The notes under the pieces were generated by a model, which saw nothing but the letters and a program-made list of their open reading frames with translations, did not search any database and was not told the DNA's origin. This document shows, in pieces, positions 1-8,285 of a DNA stretch of 64,000 nucleotides. Every line of letters begins with the position of its first letter. The first letter of the stretch is position 1. Location of the stretch: the NCBI GenBank assembly GCA_018693315.1, contig JABHLR010000008.1:42472-106471 (forward strand), written 5' to 3'. The position numbers were made by a program, and so were the translations under genes. The stretch is from an archaeon (GTDB lineage Archaea; Nanobdellota; Nanobdellia; Pacearchaeales; GW2011-AR1).

Positions 1-449
1 CGGTTTGGATGCACTGGGCATTTTCCGTCGACTAAATCTTTTTCGGTTACGTATAACTCACAACCTGTGCAATAGTTTCCTGAGTATTCGCCCTTGTAGA
101 TGTCGCTTGCGTCGTTGCATTTTTCAATGAACTCCTTTACGACCTTCGCGTGGTCTTTGTCTGTTGTTCTGATGAATCTGTCGTAGTTGATGTCTAATGC
201 TTTCCATGCTTTGATGAATTTTTTTGATACTTCGTCTACGAATTTTTTTGGATCTTTCCCGGCTGCTATGGCTGCTTCTTGTACTTTTTTTCCGTGCTCA
301 TCTGTTCCTGTTACGAATAGGACTTCTTTGCCTTGCAGCTTGTTCCATCTAGCTAGAACGTCCGCTACGATTTTTTGGTACGCGTGGCCTATGTGTGGTT
401 CTGCGTTTACGTAGTCTATTGCTGTTGTTATGTAAAATTTTTCTGCCAT
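1..449 (-). CDS. metG: methionyl-tRNA synthetase, N-terminal part (continues beyond window start)
   Basis: Own minus-strand translation from ATG 449-447: MAEKFYITTAIDYVNAEPHIGHAYQKIVADVLARWNKLQGKEVLFVTGTDEHGKKVQEAA... This shows the HIGH motif and the MetRS-type TGTDEHG block. It is absent from the ORF track because it has no stop in the window. Confidence 0.85.
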   Translation of the reverse strand, partial: MAEKFYITTAIDYVNAEPHIGHAYQKIVADVLARWNKLQGKEVLFVTGTDEHGKKVQEAAIAAGKDPKKFVDEVSKKFIKAWKALDINYDRFIRTTDKDHAKVVKEFIEKCNDASDIYKGEYSGNYCTGCELYVTEKDLVDGKCPVHPN

Positions 450-577
450 ATTGATTTATAGAAGCTGGATTAATAAGGTTAACGATGCGCGGACCTCTCG
501 AAATTTGCATCTCGTAAAATAACTATTGTATAATTTTGCTCAAAGCGAATTCCTCGGAATTGAACTTCAATCCCCTA

Positions 578-648
578 TGCGCGGACCGGGGATTGAACCC
601 GGGTCTCAAGCTTGGGAAGCTTACATACTACCATTATACTATCCACGC
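578..648 (-). tRNA. tRNA-Gly (anticodon CCC)
   Basis: Minus-strand read GCGUGGA-UA-GUAU-AAUGGUA-GUAU-G-UAAGC-UUCCCAA-GCUUG-AGAC-CCGGG-UUCAAUC-CCCGG-UCCGCGC-A. It folds as a full 71-nt cloverleaf with a 7-bp acceptor stem. No CCA is encoded. Confidence 0.9.
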
Positions 649-689
649 TTGTAATAATGAGATGCTCTGTGTTTAAAAATTTTAGGAAA

Positions 690-1049
690 TTATTTCTGGT
701 GAAATTGTTCACAGTATGTGGCGAAATCTACGTCATTCATTGACCTTAAGGTTCGGTCATAGCGCCATGCTTCTGTGTTGTAAACTCGTCGCCTGTCTCT
801 TATTTCTGCTGTATTAGATTTTACTGTGACTAGTTTTCCATGTAGGGATCCTTTTGGAATTAATAATCCGCTCTCTAACTCTTCTAGTTCGTCGCATTGG
901 CCTAGCGCTCCTAATATCTTCTCTCTTATTATTCTGATTTGGCTTTCTGTATTTAAAATAAAAAATGTGTTCTGGAATCTCCATTGTTCTTGTGCTCCAG
1001 AGATGGTTTCTTTGTTATACCTTATTTGTCTTGGATTTCTTTGTGACAT
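690..1049 (-). CDS. hypothetical protein (119 aa)
   Basis: Only long ORF in this interval. Its coding strand is A/C-rich like other minus-strand genes. I recognise no motif. Confidence 0.4.
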   Translation of the reverse strand: MSQRNPRQIRYNKETISGAQEQWRFQNTFFILNTESQIRIIREKILGALGQCDELEELESGLLIPKGSLHGKLVTVKSNTAEIRDRRRVYNTEAWRYDRTLRSMNDVDFATYCEQFHQK

Positions 1050-1100
1050 GTTTTTTTGAGGTTTAGGTGATTTTTATTGATTGTTGTTTTGAATCGCTAT

Positions 1101-1110
1101 ATTTTTATAT
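1101..1110 (+). promoter_or_regulatory. TATA-like box for the MFS gene
   Basis: ATTTTTATAT is centred about 25 nt upstream of ATG 1131. The same spacing recurs at many genes in this window. Confidence 0.45.
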
Positions 1111-1130
1111 CGTTGTTGTTAGTTATTTTC

Positions 1131-2561
1131 ATGAAGAAGGTGAAGAAGGTGATTAGAGCTGATCATCCGATTGTTGCGGAGAAGATTGATAAGAGTTTGA
1201 ATTTGAGTGTTAAGGAAGGGTCGCTTGCTTCGATTTCTTCTGGGCTTGGGTTATCGTATTTCTCTCCGTTTGCTTTGGCGATGAATGCGACTGCTAGTCA
1301 GGTTGGTATTTTGCATGCTGTTGTCAGTTTATTGCCTGCGTTTGTTCAGTTGAAAGCGTCGTCGCTGCTTGAGAGATTTTCCAGGAAGAGTATTGTCTTG
1401 ACTGGTGTTATGATAAAGATGCTGCTTTTGATTCCTATTATTTTGACTGGTGTTTTATTTTATTATGGGGTTCCGCACATGGTTTGGGTTTTGATTGGTC
1501 TTCTTGGTTTGTTTTATGCTTTTGCCGCGATTGCTCACCCTGCCTGGTTTTCGTGGATGGGTTCGCTTGTTCCCGAGGAGAAACGTGGAAGATATTTTTC
1601 TAGAAGGAATCGTGCTGCTGGATTTTTTGGTGTTATAACTATGATTGCTGGTGCGCTTGTTTTGGATTATGTTAAGAGTTTTGGTGGAGTTAGTGGAGAT
1701 GTTTTAGGATTTACTTTGCTTGGTTTTGGTTTGTTGTTTGTTGTGTCTGGTCTTGTTAGACTTTGGTCCTGGACGCTTTTGGCGCGGCAGTATGAGCCGA
1801 GGTTGAAAGTTAGGAAGAAGGATGAGTTTTCGTTTTGGGAATTTTTGAAAATGGCTCCACATACTGCGTTTGGTCGGTTTACTTTGTTTAGGGGAGCTAT
1901 TAGTATTGTTGTCGGAATTGCTGGTCCGTTTTGGGTTGTTTATATGTTGAGGAATTTGGGGTTCTCGTATGTTTGGTTTATGGCGATTACTGTTTCGTCG
2001 ATTGTATTTCGGCTTATGTTTTTGCCTCTGCTGGGTAAGTTCTCTGATAGGTTTGGTAATATTAAATTGATGAAAACTTGTTCGCTTTTGGTTTTCTTGC
2101 TTCCTGGGTTTTGGCTTTTGTCGGCTTTGATTAGTTCTGACATTGGTGTTAAAATTTATCTTTTGCTTGTGCCTGCGATATTGGGTGGTTTTGCTTGGGG
2201 CGGGTATGATCTTGCTGCGAATAATTATGTTTATGATGCGGTGAAGCAGAGGAAGCAGGCGTTTGGGGTTGCGTATATGAATTTGCTTGTTGGGGTTGGG
2301 ACTTTTATTGGGGCGAGTATTGGATCATTGATTGCTTGGATTGGTGTTCCGTTTATAAATGTGATTTTGTTTATCTTTGCGATTTCGATGATTGGGAGAT
2401 TCTTTGTGGCTATATTTGGAGTTAGGTTTTTGCATGAGGTGAGGCATGTGCATAAGTTCTCGTCGAATTACTTGATTAAGGAGTTTAAGCCTGTGGAGGG
2501 TGTTGTTAGAGAGGTTCATCATCTAGAACACATAGTTGAAAAAATAGAGCATCATATTTAG
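1131..2561 (+). CDS. MFS-type membrane transporter
   Basis: About 12 hydrophobic segments and a basic inter-helix loop (EEKRGRYFSRRNR). The track ORF starts at TTG 1077. ATG 1131 (MKKVKKV) fits the TATA spacing better. Confidence 0.65.
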   Translation: MKKVKKVIRADHPIVAEKIDKSLNLSVKEGSLASISSGLGLSYFSPFALAMNATASQVGILHAVVSLLPAFVQLKASSLLERFSRKSIVLTGVMIKMLLLIPIILTGVLFYYGVPHMVWVLIGLLGLFYAFAAIAHPAWFSWMGSLVPEEKRGRYFSRRNRAAGFFGVITMIAGALVLDYVKSFGGVSGDVLGFTLLGFGLLFVVSGLVRLWSWTLLARQYEPRLKVRKKDEFSFWEFLKMAPHTAFGRFTLFRGAISIVVGIAGPFWVVYMLRNLGFSYVWFMAITVSSIVFRLMFLPLLGKFSDRFGNIKLMKTCSLLVFLLPGFWLLSALISSDIGVKIYLLLVPAILGGFAWGGYDLAANNYVYDAVKQRKQAFGVAYMNLLVGVGTFIGASIGSLIAWIGVPFINVILFIFAISMIGRFFVAIFGVRFLHEVRHVHKFSSNYLIKEFKPVEGVVREVHHLEHIVEKIEHHI

Positions 2562-2610
2562 TTAACGGTGATATCATAAGTTTTAAAAGTGGATTTTGTT
2601 TTTGATTGAC

Positions 2611-3216
2611 ATGAAAAGAAAGTGTCCTGCGTGTGCTAAGAAGATTGAGCGGAAGTTTAGTTATTGTCCTTACTGTGGGGTCGGTTTTAAGGCGAAGCAG
2701 GAGCGCGATGATTTTGGAATGTTGGGGCGGATGGATTCTGGAGAGAAGGTTAACGTCGAGCAGAAATTACCGTTTGGAATGGATAAGATTATGAATTCTT
2801 TGGTGAAGCAGCTGGAGAGCCAGTTGGGTTCTGCGAATTTGGGTGAAGGGTTGCCGAAGGGTGTTAAGATTAGAGTTGCTCGTGGGCCGATGCAGAATGG
2901 TCAGGTTGTTCAGAAAGTTCCGGAGAAGAAAATTGCAATGCCTGTCGTTTCGGATGCGGAAAATGAGAGGCGGGCTGGATTGCCGAAAGTTGAGGTTGAG
3001 TCAAAAGTTAGAAGATTGGCTGATACGATTATTTATGAGATTGATGCGCCTGGTGTTCGCGAGAAAGCTGATGTTGTTGTGACTGCTTTGGCGACGGGGT
3101 TGGAGATTAAGGCGTATTCTAAAGATAAGTGTTATGTGAAGTTTATTCCGTTGAAGGTTGAGTTGATTGGCTATAGTGTTGAGAGAGAGAAGGTTTTTGT
3201 TGAGTTGAAGGGGTGA
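2611..3216 (+). CDS. zinc-ribbon protein with Hsp20/alpha-crystallin-like C-terminal domain
   Basis: N-terminal CPACAKK..x..CPYCG. The C-terminal about 80 aa (DTIIYEIDAPGVREKADVVVTALATGLEIKAY...VFVELKG) resembles an ACD/p23 fold. ATG 2611 lies 26 nt from TTTTAAAAG. Confidence 0.5.
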   Translation: MKRKCPACAKKIERKFSYCPYCGVGFKAKQERDDFGMLGRMDSGEKVNVEQKLPFGMDKIMNSLVKQLESQLGSANLGEGLPKGVKIRVARGPMQNGQVVQKVPEKKIAMPVVSDAENERRAGLPKVEVESKVRRLADTIIYEIDAPGVREKADVVVTALATGLEIKAYSKDKCYVKFIPLKVELIGYSVEREKVFVELKG

Positions 3217-3223
3217 TGTTAAG

Positions 3224-3232
3224 CTTTATAAA
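3224..3232 (+). promoter_or_regulatory. TATA-like box for tRNA-Ile
   Basis: CTTTATAAA lies about 30 nt upstream of tRNA position 1. Confidence 0.45.
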
Positions 3233-3257
3233 TTGGTATTTCTGTTAATATTTGTAT

Positions 3258-3331
3258 GAGGCTGTGGCGCAGTCAGGTAGCGCATCGCTCTGATAAGGCG
3301 GGGGTCCCAGGTTCAAATCCTGGCAGCCTCA
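3258..3331 (+). tRNA. tRNA-Ile (anticodon GAU)
   Basis: GAGGCUG-UG-GCGC-AGUCAGGUA-GCGC-A-UCGCU-CUGAUAA-GGCGG-GGGUC-CCAGG-UUCAAAU-CCUGG-CAGCCUC-A, 74 nt. No CCA is encoded. Confidence 0.9.
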
Positions 3332-3465
3332 CTTCCGCTCGACTGGGAATCCAGTATTGAACCTGCCAGGTTGCCAAGGCATAACCTTCGCTTCGCTTGC
3401 CCACAAATCTTTGTTAAGTTGTTGTATATGATTAACTTTAAAAAGGAATTTTTTGATAAGATAGT

Positions 3466-4032
3466 ATGAGTTTGACAAAATATTTGAGAGCGGCTTGGAA
3501 GAAACCTGATAAGTTGACTTCGAGAGCGAGAATGATCGAGTGGCGAAAGGCTGGTGCGATTACTAAGGTCGATAAGCCGTTGAGGATTGATAGAGCTAGA
3601 GCTTTGGGGTATAAGGCGAAGAAGGGTGTTGTTGTTGTGAGGATTAAACTTAAGCGTGGTGGTCATAAGAAGTCTAGGCCGAACAAAGCGAGGAGAACTA
3701 AGAGATTGCATATTAGAAAGAATTTGAGAATGAATTATAAGGAGATTGCTGAATCTAGGGTTGCTAGAAAGTATACGAACATGGAAGTTTTGAATTCTTA
3801 TTTGGTTGGAAAGGATGGTATCCATTATTTTTACGAAGTGATTTTGGTTGATAGAAGTGAACCTGGAATTTTGAAAGATAAGCAACTTGGGGCTTTTGTT
3901 AAAGCACCGAAAGCTAGATCTTTGAGAGGAATTACATCTGCTGGTCGGAAGGCTAGAGGATTGAGGAATTCTCCAGTTAAGGCACCTAAGGTTAGACCTA
4001 GTTTGAGAGCGAATAGAAGAAGAGGGAATTAA
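3466..4032 (+). CDS. rpl15e: 50S ribosomal protein L15e (eL15)
   Basis: YLRAAWKKP...MIEWRK...ALGYKAKKGVVVVRIKLKRGG..., typical eL15 over its full length. CTTTAAAAA lies 26 nt upstream. Confidence 0.92.
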   Translation: MSLTKYLRAAWKKPDKLTSRARMIEWRKAGAITKVDKPLRIDRARALGYKAKKGVVVVRIKLKRGGHKKSRPNKARRTKRLHIRKNLRMNYKEIAESRVARKYTNMEVLNSYLVGKDGIHYFYEVILVDRSEPGILKDKQLGAFVKAPKARSLRGITSAGRKARGLRNSPVKAPKVRPSLRANRRRGN

Positions 4033-4048
4033 TTTTTGGAGTGTTAAG

Positions 4049-4375
4049 ATGAATAATAGTGGATTAAATGTTTCTCAGTCTTATGGTTTTGATGCTGTTG
4101 CTAAGGCTATGGTTGTTTGTGCTGCTGTATGTGTGCGGCCCAAGGATGTTATTGCGGTGAGAACTGAAGCTATGTCTGCCGCTGCTCCTGTTAGGAGAAA
4201 TTATGTGGAGCCGGTTAGCATAGCTACTTTGGCGAATGCGGCTAGTAGGCATGGGATAGATTTTGTTCCTCCTGTTGAGAGGAGTTATGTGGAACCTGTT
4301 ACCATAGCTACTTTGGCGACTAAGGCCGATAGGCATGGGATTAAGTTCAAAGATTTCCCAACTGTTAGGGTTTAG
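4049..4375 (+). CDS. hypothetical protein with a tandem 28-aa repeat
   Basis: RRNYVEPVSIATLANAASRHGIDF / ERSYVEPVTIATLATKADRHGIKF. Differences between the two DNA copies are often synonymous (gag/gaa, ccg/cct), which supports translation. Confidence 0.5.
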   Translation: MNNSGLNVSQSYGFDAVAKAMVVCAAVCVRPKDVIAVRTEAMSAAAPVRRNYVEPVSIATLANAASRHGIDFVPPVERSYVEPVTIATLATKADRHGIKFKDFPTVRV

Positions 4376-4409
4376 ATAATTTTATTAAGATTGGAGTCGT
4401 TGAATAGTT

Positions 4410-4595
4410 ATGAGAAATGGCGCTAGTCCGCGGGTTGGTGGAAATGGTGGCGGTAGTTGTTTTGGGGGAAGGGCTTATTCTACTAGGAGAAATCGTAATG
4501 CAGCTAGAAGATTAATAAATAAAAGGCCTAGAAGGCGGCGTGCTTATGGTGATAATGAGACATATGAAGCCACGAAGCTTAAGGATTTAGTATGA
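4410..4595 (+). CDS. possible small Gly/Arg-rich basic protein (61 aa)
   Basis: Its stop TGA overlaps the Nudix ATG (gtATGAgag), a coupling-type junction. No homology is recognised and it may be spurious. Confidence 0.3.
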   Translation: MRNGASPRVGGNGGGSCFGGRAYSTRRNRNAARRLINKRPRRRRAYGDNETYEATKLKDLV

Positions 4596-5062
4596 GAGAT
4601 GTTACTTTGATTTTGCCGATGCATGATGGAAGGTTGCTGCTTGGAGTGAAGAAGCGTGGATTTGGAGTTGGGAAGTTGAATGGTTTTGGCGGGAAGTTGA
4701 ATGAGGGTGAAACAATTGTTGAGGCGGCTGCGAGAGAGTTGTTTGAAGAAGTTGGAATTGAGGTTTTTGCTGATGATTTGAAGAAGGTGGCTGAGTTGAC
4801 TTTTTTGTTTCCGCATGCTGAGGAGGATTGGGATCAGGTTGTTCATGTTTATACGGTTAATAGTTGGAGGGGCGAGCCGGTTGAGAGTGAGGAGATGGGC
4901 TGTGAGTGGCATAGCGTTGATGAGATTCCGTTTGATAGGATGTGGGATGATGATAAGCATTGGTTGCCGAGGGTTTTGGCTGGGAAATTTGTTAAGGGGA
5001 AATTTAGTTTTGGTGAGGACAATTCAACGATAACTGCGCAGGAGATTGTGGAAGAAGCTTAA
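4592..5062 (+). CDS. Nudix hydrolase (MutT/MTH1-like)
   Basis: Nudix box GGKLNEGETIVEAAARELFEEVGI (GX5EX7REUXEEXGU). Confidence 0.88.
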   Translation: MRDVTLILPMHDGRLLLGVKKRGFGVGKLNGFGGKLNEGETIVEAAARELFEEVGIEVFADDLKKVAELTFLFPHAEEDWDQVVHVYTVNSWRGEPVESEEMGCEWHSVDEIPFDRMWDDDKHWLPRVLAGKFVKGKFSFGEDNSTITAQEIVEEA

Positions 5063-5382
5063 AGTTTTTGATCTAACCACTTCTTGATTGTGGCTTCGGG
5101 TTGTGCTCCGACGAATTCGTCTACGACTTTTCCGTCTTTGATAAGTTTTACTGCTGGGATTGACATTACTCCGAATTTTTCTGCGCTAGTTTGGTTGTTG
5201 TCTGTCTCGGCTTTTGCTACAATTAATTTTCCGTCGTAATCTTTTGCGATTTTTTCTAGGGTTGGGGCTAGCATTTTGCAAGGGCCGCACCAGTCTGCCC
5301 AAAAGTCTACTAGAACTGGAGTTGTTTTTGATTTTTCGATTACTTCTTTTTTGAATGTTTCGTCCGTTACGTTGATTTCCAT
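5059..5382 (-). CDS. trxA: thioredoxin
   Basis: WADWCGPCKMLAP active site, 107 aa. Confidence 0.93.
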   Translation of the reverse strand: MEINVTDETFKKEVIEKSKTTPVLVDFWADWCGPCKMLAPTLEKIAKDYDGKLIVAKAETDNNQTSAEKFGVMSIPAVKLIKDGKVVDEFVGAQPEATIKKWLDQKL

Positions 5383-5403
5383 GTTATGATATAATTTGTT
5401 TTG

Positions 5404-5413
5404 TTTTATAAAT
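5404..5413 (-). promoter_or_regulatory. TATA-like box for trxA (divergent promoter region)
   Basis: The minus strand reads ATTTATAAAA, centred about 26 nt upstream of ATG 5382. Confidence 0.45.
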
Positions 5414-5445
5414 GTTGGTAAGCGCTGATAACTGAAATTGTAAAA

Positions 5446-5454
5446 GTTTATAAG
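5446..5454 (+). promoter_or_regulatory. TATA-like box for ORF 5476
   Basis: GTTTATAAG is centred 26 nt upstream of ATG 5476. Confidence 0.4.
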
Positions 5455-5475
5455 TTGGTTATTTTTGTTGTTTTT

Positions 5476-5841
5476 ATGAGTAGTAACGAAGTGGATGCTA
5501 TAATCAATGGAGCTGTTTTAGGGGACCCTGTTTGGAAACCTGCTCGTAGGCCTGCTGCTAATCGCGTACAGATTGAGAGGGCTCTGAGGGAGGGTGCGAG
5601 TGATCAAGATGAGATTATTAGGCTGCTTAATAGCGTTGCTCGTGTTGGTGGCTGTACTCCTGATGCCGCTAAACGGATGATTTCATACCATGAAGAATGG
5701 ATAAGTGGTTGTAATCTTTATGATTCGATTCGGATGGCAATAAGAAGAATTGGGGGCGAACCTCTTGATGAGGCATATGCTCTTTTGGCTAGTAAGGTAA
5801 TCGCGGGACCTAAGTCGACAAGAGGCTATCGTTCGGTGTAA
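5476..5841 (+). CDS. hypothetical protein (121 aa)
   Basis: The track ORF starts at TTG 5455. ATG 5476 (MSSNEV) fits the TATA spacing. It is GC-richer than its neighbours and has no recognised motif. Confidence 0.45.
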   Translation: MSSNEVDAIINGAVLGDPVWKPARRPAANRVQIERALREGASDQDEIIRLLNSVARVGGCTPDAAKRMISYHEEWISGCNLYDSIRMAIRRIGGEPLDEAYALLASKVIAGPKSTRGYRSV

Positions 5842-5853
5842 AGTTATAAAAAG
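5842..5853 (+). promoter_or_regulatory. TATA-like box for DNA ligase
   Basis: AGTTATAAAAAG is centred about 27 nt upstream of ATG 5874. Confidence 0.45.
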
Positions 5854-5873
5854 TTGTCTGGATTTATTTTGAC

Positions 5874-7562
5874 ATGGATTATTCGAAGATATGTGAGGTT
5901 TATGCGGCGTTGGAGTCGACGACGAAAGGGTTAGAAAAAACTGATATATTGGCAAATTTTTTGGGTGAGATTTGTGATGAGCCTGAGTTGATTTATCTTT
6001 TGCAGGGTCGGTTGTTTGCGGATTATGATAATCGTGAGTTTGGGATTTCGCATCAGTTGGTGATTAAAGCGATTGGTCGTGCGGCTGGGATTTCGGAGAG
6101 TGAAGTTGTTGAAGAGTTTAAGGAATTGGGAGAGTTGGGTTTGGTTGCTGAGAACGTTTTGGGAAAGAAGAAAAAACAGACGGCTTTGTTTTCTAAGAAG
6201 TTGAGTGTTGAGAAGGTGATGGAGAATTTGCGGAAGTTGACGACGATTGAGGGGAAGGGGACAGTGGACCAGAAGATTGGTTATATTGTTGAGTTGTTGC
6301 ATTCGGGGACGCCGGAGGAGGCGAAGTTTGTTGTGAGGACTGTTCTTAGTGATTTGAAGATTGGTGTTGGCTCTGGAATTTTGAGGGATGCGATTGTTGT
6401 ACATTGTTTTTCACCGAAAGATTTGGAAGATAAGAAAGTTTGCGCTATTGCTGTTCAGGAAGCTTATGATAAGGCTACGGATTTTGCTGAGGTTTTCTCG
6501 AGGGCTTGTGATGATTCGCTGGAAAAAATTAAGTTGAAGCCGGGGAAGCCTGTGAAGGTTATGTTGTTTCCGAAGGCGAAGGGGGTTGAGGATGCGTTTA
6601 GGATTATTGGTCGACCTGCTGCGTTTGAGTATAAGTATGATGGATTTAGAATTATGATTAATAAAGAAAAGAACGGGAAGGTTAAGATTTTTACTCGGAG
6701 GCTTGAGGAAGTTACTAAGCAGTTTCCTGAGATTGCTGAGTATGTTGAGGAGCATGTGAGTGGCGATAGTTTTATTCTCGACGCTGAGGCTGTTGGTTTT
6801 GACTCGAAGACAAAGAAGTATACTGATTTTCAGGCGATTAGTCAGAGGATTCGGAGGAAGTATGATATCGCTAAGTTGCGTGATGAGTTGCCGATTGAGT
6901 TGGCGGTGTTTGATATTATTTTTTATAATGGCGATAGTTTGATTGGGAAGCCGTTTATAGAGAGAAGGAAATTGATTGAGCAGATTGTTCGAGAGGAAGA
7001 GTGGAAGATTGTTTTGGCGAAGCAGATTATTACTAGTGACGAGGTTGAGGTTGAGAAATTCTACGAGGCTGCTTTAGCTGATAACCAGGAGGGGTTGATG
7101 GGGAAGAGTTTGGATGCGCCGTATAAGCCTGGGGCTCGGATTGGGCATGCTGTGAAGTTGAAACCTGAGGATAAGGATTTTGATTTGGTGATTACTGGGG
7201 CTGAGTGGGGGACTGGGAAGAGAGCTGGGTGGTTGACTAGTTTTGATGTTGCGTGTCGTGATGATGGTGAGTTGTTGGCGTTAGGGAAAGTTTCGACTGG
7301 GTTGAAAGAAAAGCCCGAAGAAGGTTTGAGTTTTAAGGAGATGACGGATATGTTGGAGAAGTTGGTTGTCGAGGTTGATGGGCGGAAGATTAGCGTTAAG
7401 CCTGAGGTTGTTGTGACGGTGCAGTATCAGAATATCCAGAAGTCGCCGACCTATTCTAGTGGGTTTGCTTTGAGGTTTCCTAGGATTACTCGGTTGCGTG
7501 AGGATAGGGGTGTTAGTGATATTGCTACTTTGGGTGAAATTGAAGGTGAGAGTGGGGAATAG
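5874..7562 (+). CDS. lig: ATP-dependent DNA ligase
   Basis: Adenylation motif EYKYDGFRI (KxDG), followed by LDAEAV, FDIIFYNG and GLMGKSLDAPYKPGAR. 562 aa. Confidence 0.93.
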   Translation: MDYSKICEVYAALESTTKGLEKTDILANFLGEICDEPELIYLLQGRLFADYDNREFGISHQLVIKAIGRAAGISESEVVEEFKELGELGLVAENVLGKKKKQTALFSKKLSVEKVMENLRKLTTIEGKGTVDQKIGYIVELLHSGTPEEAKFVVRTVLSDLKIGVGSGILRDAIVVHCFSPKDLEDKKVCAIAVQEAYDKATDFAEVFSRACDDSLEKIKLKPGKPVKVMLFPKAKGVEDAFRIIGRPAAFEYKYDGFRIMINKEKNGKVKIFTRRLEEVTKQFPEIAEYVEEHVSGDSFILDAEAVGFDSKTKKYTDFQAISQRIRRKYDIAKLRDELPIELAVFDIIFYNGDSLIGKPFIERRKLIEQIVREEEWKIVLAKQIITSDEVEVEKFYEAALADNQEGLMGKSLDAPYKPGARIGHAVKLKPEDKDFDLVITGAEWGTGKRAGWLTSFDVACRDDGELLALGKVSTGLKEKPEEGLSFKEMTDMLEKLVVEVDGRKISVKPEVVVTVQYQNIQKSPTYSSGFALRFPRITRLREDRGVSDIATLGEIEGESGE

Positions 7563-7585
7563 GTGTCGACGGTCAAATCAAAGCC

Positions 7586-7593
7586 TTTATAAA
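7586..7593 (+). promoter_or_regulatory. TATA-like box for tbp
   Basis: TTTATAAA is centred 25 nt upstream of ATG 7615. Confidence 0.5.
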
Positions 7594-7614
7594 GGAATTT
7601 TTTTATAGTATTCT

Positions 7615-8238
7615 ATGGCAGTAGCGAAAAAAGCGAGTTCTAAGAAGGATACAACGTTGAAGGTTCAGAATATTGTTGCGACGACTTCTTTGGAAAAGGA
7701 TGTTTCTTTGACTAAGTTAGCGAGGACACAGCCTAATACTGAGTATAATCCTGATACTTTTCCTGGATTGGTTTTGAGAGTTAAGAAGCCTAAGTCTGCT
7801 GTTTTGGTTTTTAGTTCTGGTAATTTGGTTTGTACTGGAACGAAATCGGTTTCGCAGGTTCGAGATGTTGTTCAGCAGGTTATTAAGCAGCTGAAGAAGA
7901 TTGGTGTGAATGTTACGATTAAGCCGAAGATTACGGTGCAGAATATTGTTGCTTCTGGCGCGATTAACTTGGATTTGAATTTGAATACTTTGGCTTTGGA
8001 GCTTGAGAATACTGAGTATGAGCCGGAGCAGTTTCCAGGTTTGGTTTACAAGTTGGAAGATCCTACTGCTACGTTTTTGCTTTTCTCAAATGGGAAGTTG
8101 GTTTGTACTGGGACTAAGAATAAGGCTCAGCTTGATGATTCTATGATTCAGTTGAATAAGAATGTTCGCGCAGCCCTGAAAAGGATTAAAGAGATTGCGA
8201 AGAAGAAGAAAGAAAGCGGCGATGATGATGATTTCTAG
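7615..8238 (+). CDS. tbp: TATA-box binding protein
   Basis: Two direct repeats (VQNIVATTSL...FPGLVLR...SGNLVCTGTKS and VQNIVASGAI...FPGLVYK...NGKLVCTGTKN). Acidic tail ESGDDDDF. Confidence 0.93.
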   Translation: MAVAKKASSKKDTTLKVQNIVATTSLEKDVSLTKLARTQPNTEYNPDTFPGLVLRVKKPKSAVLVFSSGNLVCTGTKSVSQVRDVVQQVIKQLKKIGVNVTIKPKITVQNIVASGAINLDLNLNTLALELENTEYEPEQFPGLVYKLEDPTATFLLFSNGKLVCTGTKNKAQLDDSMIQLNKNVRAALKRIKEIAKKKKESGDDDDF

Positions 8239-8285
8239 TTCTTGAGTACAATAGTTCTTATAAAGCCTGAATTTGTTTTTGTGTT

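Noticed and set aside
187-414. 75-aa plus-strand ORF at the window start.
   Set aside because: It is antisense to a clear MetRS N-terminus (HIGH motif) on the minus strand.
3332-3410. Second tRNA or tRNA fragment in the GC-richer trailer after tRNA-Ile.
   Set aside because: Only short hairpins (cugg-gaau-ccag) are present. I could not build an acceptor/T-arm cloverleaf on either strand.
4190-4360. Diversity-generating retroelement (template/variable repeat pair), considered for the 84-nt tandem repeat and for the paralog pair at 22.6-29.8 kb.
   Set aside because: There is no reverse transcriptase gene in the window. The mismatches between copies are not adenine-specific.
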